Positions 51,137-63,594 of a stretch of DNA of 64,000 bases are shown here, piece after piece. Position 1 is the stretch's first letter; each line of letters opens with the position of its first letter. Location of the stretch: positions 372,001 through 436,000 of the forward strand of contig JALMLS010000579.1 in NCBI GenBank assembly GCA_038496445.1, given 5' to 3'. A model generated the notes under the pieces. It saw only the letters and a program-made list of their open reading frames with translations. It was not told the origin of the DNA and searched no databases. The position numbers and the translations under genes are program-made. This DNA comes from Trichosphaerium sp. ATCC 40318. Lineage: Eukaryota > Protista > Tubulinea.

Positions 51137-52188
51137 ATGCCAAAGGGAACCAATAATACGCCAATAATCCGTAAGGAGAAGCCTGTCACAACTAAAATAT
51201 TGTTGGTTGGCGACTCTGGTACTGCTTTTACATTAAATTCGTTAAATTAACTATAAAACAGGCTGTTACCTCGGTAAATCATCTATTATCAAAAGATACA
51301 CGGAAAATACGTTCATTGATACATACGAAATGAGTCTTGGTGTTGAATTCGTACGGGAACTTTTAGTTTAACTTGTACCATAATTACAGTCTCGTCTCTC
51401 GAAGTCACTTTTTTTACAAAGCATTTTGGACTGAACTTTGTCAGTGCGCTAGTTTTTTTGCTGATACTGATCATGTTCTAGTTCAAAAAACACAAACAAG
51501 GAAAAGTCATTAAGGATATTAACATTCAGATATGGGAGTATGTATTATTGTATTTTCCAACACATAGTTTTCGCTATCGAAAACGTGTAGCACACGTGAC
51601 AAAACATTTATTTTCTTACAGCTCTTCTTTTTTGTAGTACTTCTGGGAGAGAGCGTGGTTTAACCGATTACCGTATGTTGTACCGACCAATGTTTAACTT
51701 ACCTATATTACAGGGCGTGGTTATGTCAGGGGATGTCATATCATACTTGTGGTGTTTGATGTAACGCAAAGAAAGACATATGAAAACATAGCAAATTTTG
51801 AAGAGATACTTAAACTTAAAAAAGATAAACGATACTATGTAGCCATTGTAGGTAACAAGATAGACTTAAAAGATAAAAGAGAAGTATCAAAAGAAGAAGG
51901 TTGTGAGTTGGCAAACTATTGGGGTGTTTCATACTTTGAAGTCAGTGCAAAACAAGTACAAAGAAAAACCCAAATGCATATCATTCTTTCCTAACTTTTT
52001 TTTTGAAAAAGGGTACTGGCGTTTTTGAGATGTTTGATGAGATGATAAATCGTGCTGAAGATATGTTTGTAAAGGCTGGTGATCATTTAGAAAAAGATCC
52101 CAATGAAAAAGATGTACCTTCAGAAAACCGAAAGTCATTTTTCTCAAGCATACAATCTTGGTTTGTTAAACAAGTAAATACCAAATAA
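51137..52188 (+). CDS. Divergent Rab/Ras-family small GTPase, multi-exon
   Basis: KILLVGDSG|CYLGKSS, LGVEF, QIWD|TSGRER, VFDVT, VGNKIDL, YFEVSAK; no C-terminal Cys. Confidence 0.85.
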
Positions 52189-52627
52189 ACTTTTGTAATT
52201 GTAAATGATCAATTAATGGCACATACATTGATAATGGTTTACGTAGTCTTCACAGAACCAAGTAGGCGAACGAATACATATAGATCACGTGATGCACGTA
52301 TGTGACGTTGAATCGATACGATTAAAAAAAGAAGTCCAACTTCTTTACATCTGAAGTCAATTTGGGTCAATTTTTCCGTTAATCATACCGACAGCTTGTA
52401 AGGTACAGCCAACAAAGTTTGGGGTGAGATGGCGCTTCCAGAAGAGATTTTACTCACTGTTTTCTCTTTTCTGCCAGTTAACGCGCTCTCGAGCGTTTTA
52501 CGTGCGTCTAAATCATGGAATAACGCTCTAGAAGCAAAGTAAGGCTGTTTTTGTAATACCAAGTTGACTAGCGCTGTAAAATCATCATACATCATCTCAA
52601 CCGTACAATCTAATCGTAATACAGAGG

Positions 52628-55165
52628 ATGGCTAGTTTGGAAGTGTATGTCAAAGAAAATTTGTTCTGTATCCCCAAGAACCACGTGTCAGGGTATGACA
52701 TCCATCTAAACAAGACACAAAGTCACGTGAATCATCATATTTTATTAAACAATAGAAAGGACACTTGCAATTGACGAGGTATTGGAAAGGAGTGACAAAG
52801 ACATTATCTTATTTTAAGTATATGATTGAAAGCGTGCCAAAGGATCCTCGTAACTCAATATTGACAAAAAGACTTCTTACAGTACTTCGTGGATCTGTAG
52901 TTACGACATCTTATCTTTTTGGAAAAAGACAGGTATCTTAATCTTGTTTATTACAAGTACTTAGTTTATTGTTCCAATAGGTATCAAAAAATTGGGCTAC
53001 TGTAAAACCTTTCTCCCCTCATGTTGGTCAATGTCTTGTACGCCTAGCAACATATAAGATTGTGTATTGTAATGACATGGATGAAGCAAAAGAGGTACAC
53101 AGTGAACGACAACTATCCTATTGAAGAAGCTGATTTTGTTTACAAGTTAATTTCGTGGGGTGTTGAAAGCTTTGTGAATGAGGATTCTGCTGGGTCTTGG
53201 AAACTGAATGCGTATACATTCATTGCACGATACATTGTTACGAATAATATTCGTTCAAAATATGATAGTGCAGAGCATCTTATTGACTATTGCTTCTCAG
53301 GTACAAAACGATCCTTCTCTTTTGAGTTCTTCTTTCCGTGCTTGTCTCTTAAACATGGTGTTTTAGGACCTGAAACCCTTTTAGACAGCCTGGTGGTTGC
53401 GAGGTTAGGATACCTTCTTTCAAAGCTTGGCGATGTAGATAAAATGAAAAAGGTACAAATCACAACAACTTTTTGCACTATCATTTCTGGCAATTATGTT
53501 GGCTTGAGGGTTTCCCCTACTGAGAGATTTTAGGCATTCCACAAAGCAGAGGATATTGCAGCAGAGGCGCCTAATACTGCGCGCACTACTGAAAAAATAG
53601 CCACAATGAAGATAAGTGCATGTGAAGACGTGCCAGAGCTAGTTCAGGAAATGAGTAATGATAAGAGTGACTGGACTTCATATTCAAGTGAAACAAAAAG
53701 ACATATTGCAACACAAGTTGCTTCAAAAGGTTATTATAAAGATGCACTCTCTCTAGCCAAAAACGGTACACAAATAGTGTCAGAGTGGTAAAACTGAAAT
53801 GATGTTTTAGGTGACATTCAATGTGATATTCGTGTTCGCCTTTTATGTGACATTGCAACGTTGCAGTACAAGAATAATCGTACTAAAGATGCGCTTGAGA
53901 CAGTGTCTTATATATTACAACATATTACGGAAGATGATGTCACTACAGTAAAGATGTATAGGACTAGTGTTGGTACTGTACAAAGTTGTTTTTTTTATTG
54001 GTTAACAATTTTTACTCACAAATCGTCTTGTGCTACTTTGTTATTATCAAATCTTACTTTATTAAAAGGTCGCTTATGCGCTATTGTTGGTTTAGAGAAG
54101 GAAGCTTTCGATTTTGCAAACGCTGTTGGAAAGACAGATACAGGTACATAGTTTGGTATATTCCTTAAACTAACTGTACTTAAAACCACAGGTGCTGCTG
54201 TATTGATTGTCAGATTGCTAGGACTCCATGTATCATGTACTAAAAAAGTTTTGGGTTTTTTGGATACTATAATAAGGTTAGCACGTGATTTGAACTTTTT
54301 GTTATAATCGCTCTTGGCTAAAAGTTTCGTTTAGCCAAGACATTTCTCAGTCTTGTTCAACAAGACAAGCTGAAGGTATTATAGCAGCTGTCAGTGCAAA
54401 GGTATGAAAAAGGGTTTATCCTTGAACTAATACTTTGGTTATAGTTCAGTTTGCGTGGTTGGGAAACAGTTGAAGGGCCAAAGGAAGTTCTAAAGAAAGT
54501 TGCTTTGACAATGAACATTGACGAAGATCCTTTTTGGTACCTTCTTTTTGCGTACTTTTCTTTTGTAACAATATTATAGCTTGCGCACTTTTATTGTCAT
54601 TGGATCTGCTTTGTATGATATTGGTGCTCACGCAGAATCTATGGAAAAGTTCTCAGCTGTACTTGAAAGTACAGAATCCGTTCAGGAACTATATTGTTTA
54701 GTATGTTTGCTCTTGAGTTAAATAGTCTCTTACTTTTGTTAGGTTAGCGCTTTGGTTTCCAGGAACGAACTGAATGCAGCTTGGTCTATTGTATCGAGTT
54801 GGACCGGTTGCTTACATAAGTACCAATATACAACATCACTAGGAAAGCGCTATGGGCTTTACGGAGGTGTAGAACAACTGCCTGAATTGATGAAAGTTTA
54901 TGACCAAACACTAATGTTCAACATTGCTGCAGCTGCAGGGTATGTCCGTTTTAAACCTCGCTGCATTTACCTTTTAATTGAACCCTGTATTTCTAGTGTT
55001 CTTCATTCATGGATGTTCGGTGTAAGACAAGTTGTGGAGGCAAGTAATTTTAAAGAAGAAAGAATAGCAGGTGAAAGATATGTAATTGGTCAAATGGGTC
55101 GGACAGATAGTAACCTGATTCCTGATAAGGCATCATTTTGTAAACTATTCAATGTTAAACACTAG
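52628..55165 (+). CDS. Hypothetical helical-repeat (TPR-like) protein, multi-exon
   Basis: Chain of exons joined by short GT-AG introns; amphipathic repeats (IATQVASKGYYKDALSLA; LVSRNELNAAWSIV). Confidence 0.55.
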
Positions 55166-55384
55166 TACGACAATACCACCAGGTGGTAGTGACTATTCAT
55201 TGTAAAGACAACAACAAAAGTTCCGTTCGGCAGGAAGAACTTAACGAGGTCAAGCGGTTTTTGTTTCATTGAATTTTTTTTGGCGTTTTCACCAGCCCTG
55301 CTTTCAGCTAAATGTGGTGTGTACGATGCCATCACAATACAATATACTACATTGTTAAACACACAAAACACCAAATAACGTAAA

Positions 55385-56748
55385 ATGAGCATACTTGCAG
55401 GGATTACAAACTTTGATAAGAGCAACTTGTCCAAAACAACAACAGTTGTTCGTAAAAACGTCTTCATAAACTTGGAGGCCAAGGAGAAGCATGGATTAGG
55501 CGATAAAGAAGATTTTACCGAACATTTCGATTCGTTTAAAGATTTACAGCGCAAGGTACGCATTGGCGGTTTGAGTAAGCTTACGCAAGCTGTAGGCGAA
55601 ATTACTGGCTAAAAAGCTCAAGAAATCTAAATACGCAGTTGCGTACACAGGAGCCGGTATTTCTACGTCTGCTAATCTAGATGGTACGTTAAAACCTTTC
55701 TGTACTCTGTTTAATCTATTTTAGATTATCGTGGTCCAAAAGGCATGTGGACTCTTGCATCTCAAGGTCTTACAAGTGTTGCCGCTCTTGAGAGTAATAT
55801 AGAAGACTGTAAACCGACCGTAAGCACAAAAATAACCAAAAGAAACAAATAGAAAAAGTCGGTGATATTTTTGTTAGATGTGTCACTATGTCCTTCTGCA
55901 ATTACAAAAAGCAGGATATATAAAAAAGTTGATAAGTACAAATACAGATGGTTTGCATGTCAGATCAGGATTCCCTCGTTCACACGTACAATTCTACTTT
56001 TAGGATATAGTAATCACGTGTTTTTTTCTAAAATTAGTTTAGTTAGCAGAGCTTCATGGTAATGCGTACAAAGAAATATGTGAGACTTGCGGGTATGTAT
56101 CTCGCCTTAGATCAGAGCTTTTGTTGCTATATTGCACACTAACATATTCGCAGAGCTCAATACATGAGAGATTTTGATACTACTACAAATGTTAAAAGGC
56201 CTGAGCATTGGACCGGCCGTATATGTGACAAAAAAGATTGTGATGGGCGGTATGTTATTGACTCTGTATTTTTATGTTGGCGTCTTATACCTGTAGGTTG
56301 TATGACACCATTGTTGGGTTTGGAGAAGGTCTACCAAAAGATGAGTATGCAAATTGTCGGCATTGGTCCAGAAAGGTACAATTCATTTTCGATAATTCTT
56401 GTTCTTACGGTTTGTTCTAGAGTGACATGTCATTGGTACTTGGTACTAGTATGAAAGTGCAACCAGCTGCATCTTTGCCTACATACGCTATTGAAAATGG
56501 TGGTAGCATGGTTATCTGTAACTTACAACAAACAGACTGTAAGCAACTAAAACAAGTTTGCTTGTTTTTTTCTTTTTTCAACACTAACTTGTTTGTTTGT
56601 AGACGACGATCAAGCTGATTTTGCGGTTAATGCTTATACAGATGATTTATTATTCCTTGTCTCAAAGGAGCTTGGTGTAACACTAGATAAATCACAAGAA
56701 TCAAATATGGCTCACTTCGATAGTGAAGTTTCTTCTCGCTACCAATGA
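55385..56748 (+). CDS. Class IV (SIRT6/7-like) NAD-dependent sirtuin with N-terminal beta-thymosin/WH2 motif
   Basis: [42 protein letters not shown]...[34 protein letters not shown]. Confidence 0.9.
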
Positions 56749-57110
56749 GCCATGTTTGATATTTTCTGACACAACAAACTGTATAGTAATAATAAATCTG
56801 TTAAAAAGAACTACAGTATACAAAATGCTTTAAATACAGGATAAGAACTATTGAAGAGTGAAGGAAGGCTAAGATTTCTCTGAAAATAAGACATTCCAAA
56901 ATAAAAACAGAAGGTCTCATTGTCATCACCACAATTGAAACTTTGCAATCTCCTTCAGGTCTACCATTTGCAATGGTGGATTTTCTGTCTCCAGTCAATT
57001 GGAAACTCACACGTAGCCGAGAAATCTTTGTCTGCAATGCAAATGCTATTCAGGTTCTCTTGATAAAATAAAAGCAATTTTTTCGTTGTACAAGAAATCT
57101 ATTACATTAT

Positions 57111-57979
57111 TTACATCATTGTACAATTACTGTTATTTTGAGGAGCTTTTTGTATACCTAATTTATGTATTTGCCAGGTTAACACCTCCTTGAATACTAG
57201 CTCAAAAAGGTTAATTCTTTTTCAAAAAACAAAGATTATTTACGCACGTGCTTTAACTCCAACATTTGTTTTAGAACTACATTCTACATAGCTTATTGCC
57301 TTAACAAATATTAAGGTTTGTGTTTGACACAAGGCGTTGTTTGGTCTTTACCTGTATTTTTTTTGCTAATTCGATGCCTTCTTCTTTTGAAACAAATTTT
57401 TCCTGTTTCTCTTCATCTATATTCTCTCTTAAGTCTGATTTTAACCCAGCAAGCATAAAAACGGCATCTGGACAAGTCCTCAAATGGGCTTGTACTTCTG
57501 GGATAAACTAAGTTGTGGTCGCAACCTATCGTATTGTCCTTCTGACGTGTCCCAAGGAGCTAAAATATAGGTGAGATTTTTCAAGCAGAAAAAATTCAGA
57601 AGAGACACAAGAAAAAAAGTGACAAAAAGTACTATTACAAAAAACATTGAAACTTTCGCACAGAAGGAAAAACGGGTAGAACAAAATCTTATCTGGGCAC
57701 TAATATATCAGTCATTTACTTGTATACCAACGTTAAAAGCGAACCTGAAATGTTCAAACTTTGACGGCACTTCATTTTTGAAATAAAGTGAGTTTTTATT
57801 TTACGTTCATACTAATGATTGTACCGTACTCAGGGAACCTATCGTAAGCGTACCGTATACATAAGGACGTTTTACCTAAAATAAAACTTAAGCAGTGTCA
57901 AAAATAATTATAATGACGTGCCTACGCCATCGTTACCCAATAAAACTAGTTTCACAGCATGTTCAGCGGTATTGGTCAT
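57111..57979 (-). pseudogene. Rho/Rac GTPase with internal deletion and frameshift
   Basis: VKLVLLGNDGV|GKTSL, WDTSEGQYDRLRP, LAGLKSDLR, YVECSSK, CAAX CTMM*. The segment between RLRP and FIPEV is missing and out of frame, and one acceptor reads CAA. Confidence 0.7.
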
Positions 57980-58242
57980 GTTATACGGTTTTTTGTGTTA
58001 GATGAAATGTATTATGGCAAGGACTCGAGATTTGTTGGGTCTTTTAGCCTAAATCAACTAAGTGCGAACACTTTGCTTAAGAGGAAAACTGAATAGCTAC
58101 AGAACCTCAAATATGTTGTAGAATACTCCCAAGCTCGTTGGAGCAAAGGAGCTAGATGCTAAGCAGTATTACAAAGTGTGTTTATTTTGAATCACGTGAT
58201 ACTAATATTTTTATTTATTTATAAAGTACTTTATATATTTAT

Positions 58243-59797
58243 TTATTTCAAGTCCTCTGTAATGACACGCAATTTCATACCCTTTGTTAGTTTATTTTGA
58301 CCAATTGATTTTGTATAGTCTAGTTTTTTTTTCCTATTTCTACCTCTATGTTTGTGTACAAGAAACGGTTTTGGATGCCGACGACCAGCTTTTTCTCGAA
58401 GTAGCTTATCTATAAAATGACAAGGCATTGTATTTTCAACTTGAATAACATGAGTAGCACTCACATACCTAAAACAACCACAGTCAAAAACACGTGGTGC
58501 AGAAGAAAAAATTATGAGAAGTCTCTTACCATTTGTTCTGCATTTGACGGCCAATCTATGATGTATTTAATAAAATCAGTTGATAATGATATTCTAGGCG
58601 TTTGTTTTACGGTGCATGCGTACTTGTATGTACAGGTTGAAAGGCGTATAATAATTAATCACGTGATCTTGCCAAAAAAAATCAGAAGACTCTTCATCCG
58701 AAGACGTAGCTTCTATACCATCTCTATCAGCTATAGCTTTCCATATCCTTTATATATAACGTATTAGTCTCTTCGGATATTCACACAATTCAATAGTACG
58801 CATCAATGGTATTGATCATTTCATATAACTGTAATGCAACGCAAGACATTCGAAGCAAAGAAAATGTATCCAAAAACGATAAAATATACAACTGTATTAA
58901 GAGTTAGTAAGTACACCCAACATGTTATAGTACTTGTATTTCCGATGGTAAATCATCAAATAATATTTCTTGAGGAGAACTAAGAAAAGAACAAGCCAAC
59001 TCTAAATTAGGACGGCTGTAAATCCAAAAGCAACAAAAAAATAATCATAAAAAAAAATAAGATTTCTTACTTATGACGTTGACGTCAGTTCTTGAACGTG
59101 TCCATGATGATACCTGTTTGAGGAAGTTTTTAAGAATACATACAAACAAATACCATTCGTACCTCTGATATAATTGCAGTAAACTCTCCTCTCTGTTCAG
59201 GAAACTTAACGAGAAGATGAGCCAAACCTAATTTTTTTTTAACTTATAACACGTGAACAAATTAAGAATTTATGACCATCATACCAATAGCTGTAGCCCA
59301 TGTATCTTTTTCTACGCCTTTAGGACATCCTCTTACAACCATAGAAACACCTTAAAGATTATTAAAAAACCTTTCAAATGAAGAACTCGGTTCGCACTCA
59401 TTTTTGTCATTTCGCTGGCTTGCGCTATTGTAATTTGCCTGGATATGGTTAGATTAGTCGTAAACATTTTTCTCGTGTCACGGTAGGTTTTTTGACGCTG
59501 TTTTAACCCATTACGAGCGTTTGTGGCGAAAATCATTTGGAAAAGTTTTTGTAAACGTACCAAGGTGGTTTCTTTAATTCTGGTAAGCCTACTATGAGAG
59601 GAGAGCTGTTTGCGTCAGTATAGTCTGCCACTGGAGGTAATGCGACAGACAGACCGTTATTTTCGTCTGAATCATCCCATGACGCGGAATCTATTAGTAC
59701 AGGTGTCAAAATAAATGTTTTGAATCGGTTGACAACGAATAACGCGTTTAGTACCACTAGACCAATCGTTAGCCCCTGACGTCCAGTCTAAAGCCAT
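58243..59797 (-). CDS. Hypothetical multi-exon protein with a helical segment resembling the VWA5/PARP4 C-terminus
   Basis: Exons MALDWTSG.., DTWATAI|GLAHLLVKFPEQRGEFTAII; 3' end uncertain. Confidence 0.4.
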
Positions 59798-60040
59798 ATA
59801 TAGGTCAATTACAGATGTTATAGTCCAATTAAAGCCATTAGGCGCTATTTAAAAGAATTTGTGGCGCACAATAGGCTTCGTTTAAGTTGCACGTGCACTA
59901 CAGAATTGTTCACTGGCTCGTTGAGTTTTTACGTTCAGGGTCGCCTTGGTATTTGTTGTAGTTGTACTTCACAGTATTTTGGTGATTTCCGTCCTCGCTT
60001 ATTGATTTCCAGCGCTGAAGTCTTCCAACTAAAATTGTAG

Positions 60041-61273
60041 AGGATGCAATTCAGTACAGAACATCAACTCATCTTTAAAATTGTTGGGGTGTACATGGGG
60101 CTTACTTCTAGGCACGATTTCCTTTAAAATTTAACAAGCTATGACACCCGCGTATAGTAATCATAACACCACTGTATTTATGCCAACATGCTCACTTCAA
60201 GTACGCAGAAAAGCCGTTGTATTTTTCAAAAAAACCGTTGTTTCAGGCCACGTGCGCTTGTCGTTTAACGACAGTATGTAAAAACAATATTAGGCTTGCT
60301 GCGCCTGGAAGCAAAATTTTAATGCGGCTACAATGGACGTGTCTTTATTTAACAATTATTGGTGTGTTTTTGAGTATTTGAAATCTTTTTTTTGTCATTT
60401 TCGTATTTGAAGGCATCTGACACGTGACAGCCCGGATAATTTGGATTTCAATTGATCCGCTTGAACAACGAGAAATGATTCCTTTATATTTGAATGGAAT
60501 AATCTACGCCGTTGGCGCATCACTCATGCACGTGTAGTCTTACAAAAAAGTTAAATACTAATTGGCTAACCCAACAGGTGCGCAGCTTGGGGATTTACTT
60601 TATTGAGGTACGCTCAAATTCTGTGGAAGCTTGATGACGAAAAACGTGGGTATGCTTTTTGGACGGCAATAGCATTAGTAGTACTAGTGATTGGAGAGTT
60701 TGGAGTGCAACTTGGGTTTAATGAGTTTAAACACTATTTAGTGGCTGTAAAGGTTTATTACTCCCTGACAATTGTTGGCATTCTTGGATACGCTATATGC
60801 TGTGGTATTGTTATGTTTGGGATATTATCACGAATACCAAAGAACACTAAGTATCAAAAAACGAAGTTTATAAGTTTGAAGGTACAAAACAAACTGTTTA
60901 TTCCCACAAGTTGTTATTTTTTTTGCATCTTGTGTTTTTTATTACTAAGTGGTAGGTGAAAGCGTTCATCTTCTTAGGTTTCACATTCAATATTTGTACT
61001 ACAATAGATTTAGTAACTGGTGTTACTGTTAAAGAGTATAAGGAACGATGGTGGAAACCAATGGTATGTTGTCAAGTTTTGAAATAACTAACTAACCCAA
61101 CTTCAAAAAAGGTAACTATTGGGATTGAGTGGGTTTACTGTGCTAGTATTATGCTATTAACTTGTTGGAGACAAAACACATTTACTTATAACTTATCTAA
61201 TGATTCATCAACAACATATGGCTCATCAGTTAGGTGGCCAGAAGTATCATTGATACAAACTACAGACACGTGA
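60041..61273 (+). CDS. Multi-pass (7TM, GPCR/TOM1-like) membrane protein; start codon not resolved
   Basis: Successive hydrophobic exons, RIIWISIDP motif, two GC-AG introns, ends TDT*. Confidence 0.65.
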
Positions 61274-61429
61274 ACAGCTGTATACAATAAACAGTTTTTT
61301 AAAATTGCCTGGTTTACAAGTGCATAGAGGTCTGAGACCAGGAAAGTAGCAAGCCTCGGACAATCTGTCTAGAGAAAAAAGTACGAAACTCATTTACCAT
61401 GTAACGCCATTAGTTAAGTCTCGTTGACA

Positions 61430-61650
61430 ATATTATTAAAGGATTTCAAAAAAGCAACAGACAATGATCTTGCTCTTCTTTCTGGTGTAGACAAACTGAT
61501 ATTGTGGGAAAACAACTCTATCACAGACACAGGATTGAAGTCTGTGTGTAGAGTCCGTCACTTAATGTGTTTAATTGCTTAGGTGTCACAGACTTGTCAA
61601 AAATAAAACTTTCAGAACATCTCCAGTTTGTAGACTTGTACGCATGTGTA
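61430..61650 (+). pseudogene. Decayed LRR fragment related to the 39328 gene
   Basis: TDNDLALLSGVDKLILWENNSITDTGLKSV.. then a frameshift; no long ORF. Confidence 0.55.
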
Positions 61651-61747
61651 AACAAAAATTAACAGTGAACATGTGTAGTAACATCAAGTATTTATTCTCC
61701 TGTACAAGTGCTCCAAAAAGGTTTTAATACACAGTTAGTAGACTTTT

Positions 61748-63594
61748 CTACTCATTGAGGATTATCCTAAGAGAGACATTAAACAATAAGAAAATAGCAG
61801 GAAAAAAAGATAAAACGCACATCTCAGGCATTTCAAAGCGACATTCAAACTTGAATCTTCGCTTTCTCCTTCCTCTAATAGCCCTCTTTTTAGATGGAGG
61901 AATATATTCTTCTGCCTTCTTAATATTGACTGAATACCTAAACACAACATTAAACAACACCTTCATGAAGAAAAAAGTTGAAAGTTTTAAAAAAATCATA
62001 GACTGTTTTAGGTACGAACCCAAGATCTTTAAGTCCTTGTACACTGACTCTTGAAAGAGGATTTATTCCTCCAAAGTTTAGGTATGGGGTCATTAGTTCA
62101 TTATCAAAAGTAGATTCACGCCAATGACTACCAAAATGAATCAGCAAATTATGAGAAAAAAAAACATGCTACATACGCTAGACGACTGCCTTGGCCACCT
62201 GTATTTGCAGCAGGTGTTGTGGTTTCTGAGTTACCGAAAATACTATTGTATTCAGCTGTTGCGAGAGGTAAAACATATCTTGGGTCTAATGTAGCAGTGT
62301 TAATGATAATATTAGGCCGTATCAACCACAAAGGACCAAGACCACTTAAAAAAAGTAAGGGACCAAGAAAATAGTTTGCTTTACACTTACAGAACGTGTC
62401 CCATCTCATGTCTAACGACTTCATCGAATTGCCCTCTATTGAGAAGGGATTCAGCATCAGAAATATCAAATTGTATAATGCCAGAAAGCTAAAACTAGTT
62501 AATGTACAGTGAAACAAGCAAAAAAAACAAAACAGTACCGGAAGGCCATTAGCGCCACCACGGATTTCTCTTGGACCAGCACTTCCAAGAATACGTCCTT
62601 CCCCATCTAAATATTGTCAATAGCGGTATGGTTATTATCTAGGTACCAATGTCAGGGAAACTGATGTCAATGTAGAGATCATCTACGAAAAACAGTTAAA
62701 CACAATTTCAGGAAACCGCTGTCATACCAACATCTCTACTGAACACATTAGATCTGCCATCAGGTACATCTGCAGTAATAATTTTCTCCCAGAAACGAGC
62801 AGCTTTTTCAGTTTGCGCGAGCTTAAAGAGCGTCAAATACACAGTAGCAAAACACTAAAGAAGGTCCGTACAAGCTTTGTGATTTGTGGTGTGCGCTCAC
62901 CATTGAAGCCCCACTCAATATTGAAAGCTCTATCTCTTATAACATTAAAGAAATTAAAGTTCAGTTCCCCTGTAACGAAAGAAATCTGTATTCTTTGTGG
63001 TCCTTGAGTAATACGACCCATATTCACATAAACATCGGTCCACTTTCTCCATCCTTCAAAAAAAGTAAGTTTCAAAAAAAATCACGTGTTCACATGGCTA
63101 AAAATACAAACGAATCACAATACCTCCTGACCCGCGGAACACTGCTGTTTTAGTGATAGAACCAACTTGAACTTCGATTGTATTTGGGAAAGTGTTTGGA
63201 GAAGCAACACGGAGTCTGATGGTGTAATCTGCCGTCCGAGAAAACACTGGACTCTCATACACAAGATACTCTGAAGGTTGTATATATGCGACATAACAAG
63301 TACCGCTGTTTGTGGTTTGTAAATCGACAAATGGTGCTGTTTGTGTAGTACCACAATCAGCTCCGCCTAATTGTGAACATCAGTAGCCATACTAGCAAAG
63401 GAAAAGGAATTAAGTGCGTACCAAGGTTAGCAGCTGAGAGATCTAAGCTATCGGTAAAGTGTTCGGCTTCGATACGTCCAGGGACTTGGGTAGTTATCTG
63501 AGCTGATGCCTATATTGTGTTATTTGGTGTCTAATAATCAGAATTGGTGTACAAGTGATAGGAGCACTGCCAACGCTAAAAAACTGAGGTTCAT
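61748..63594 (-). CDS. CBM6 + M8-type metalloprotease, copy 3 (more divergent)
   Basis: MNLSFLALAVLLSL|ASAQ, PGRIEAE, HEMGHVL|GLG, HWRES, NELMTP; same intron positions as copies 1 and 2. Confidence 0.85.
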
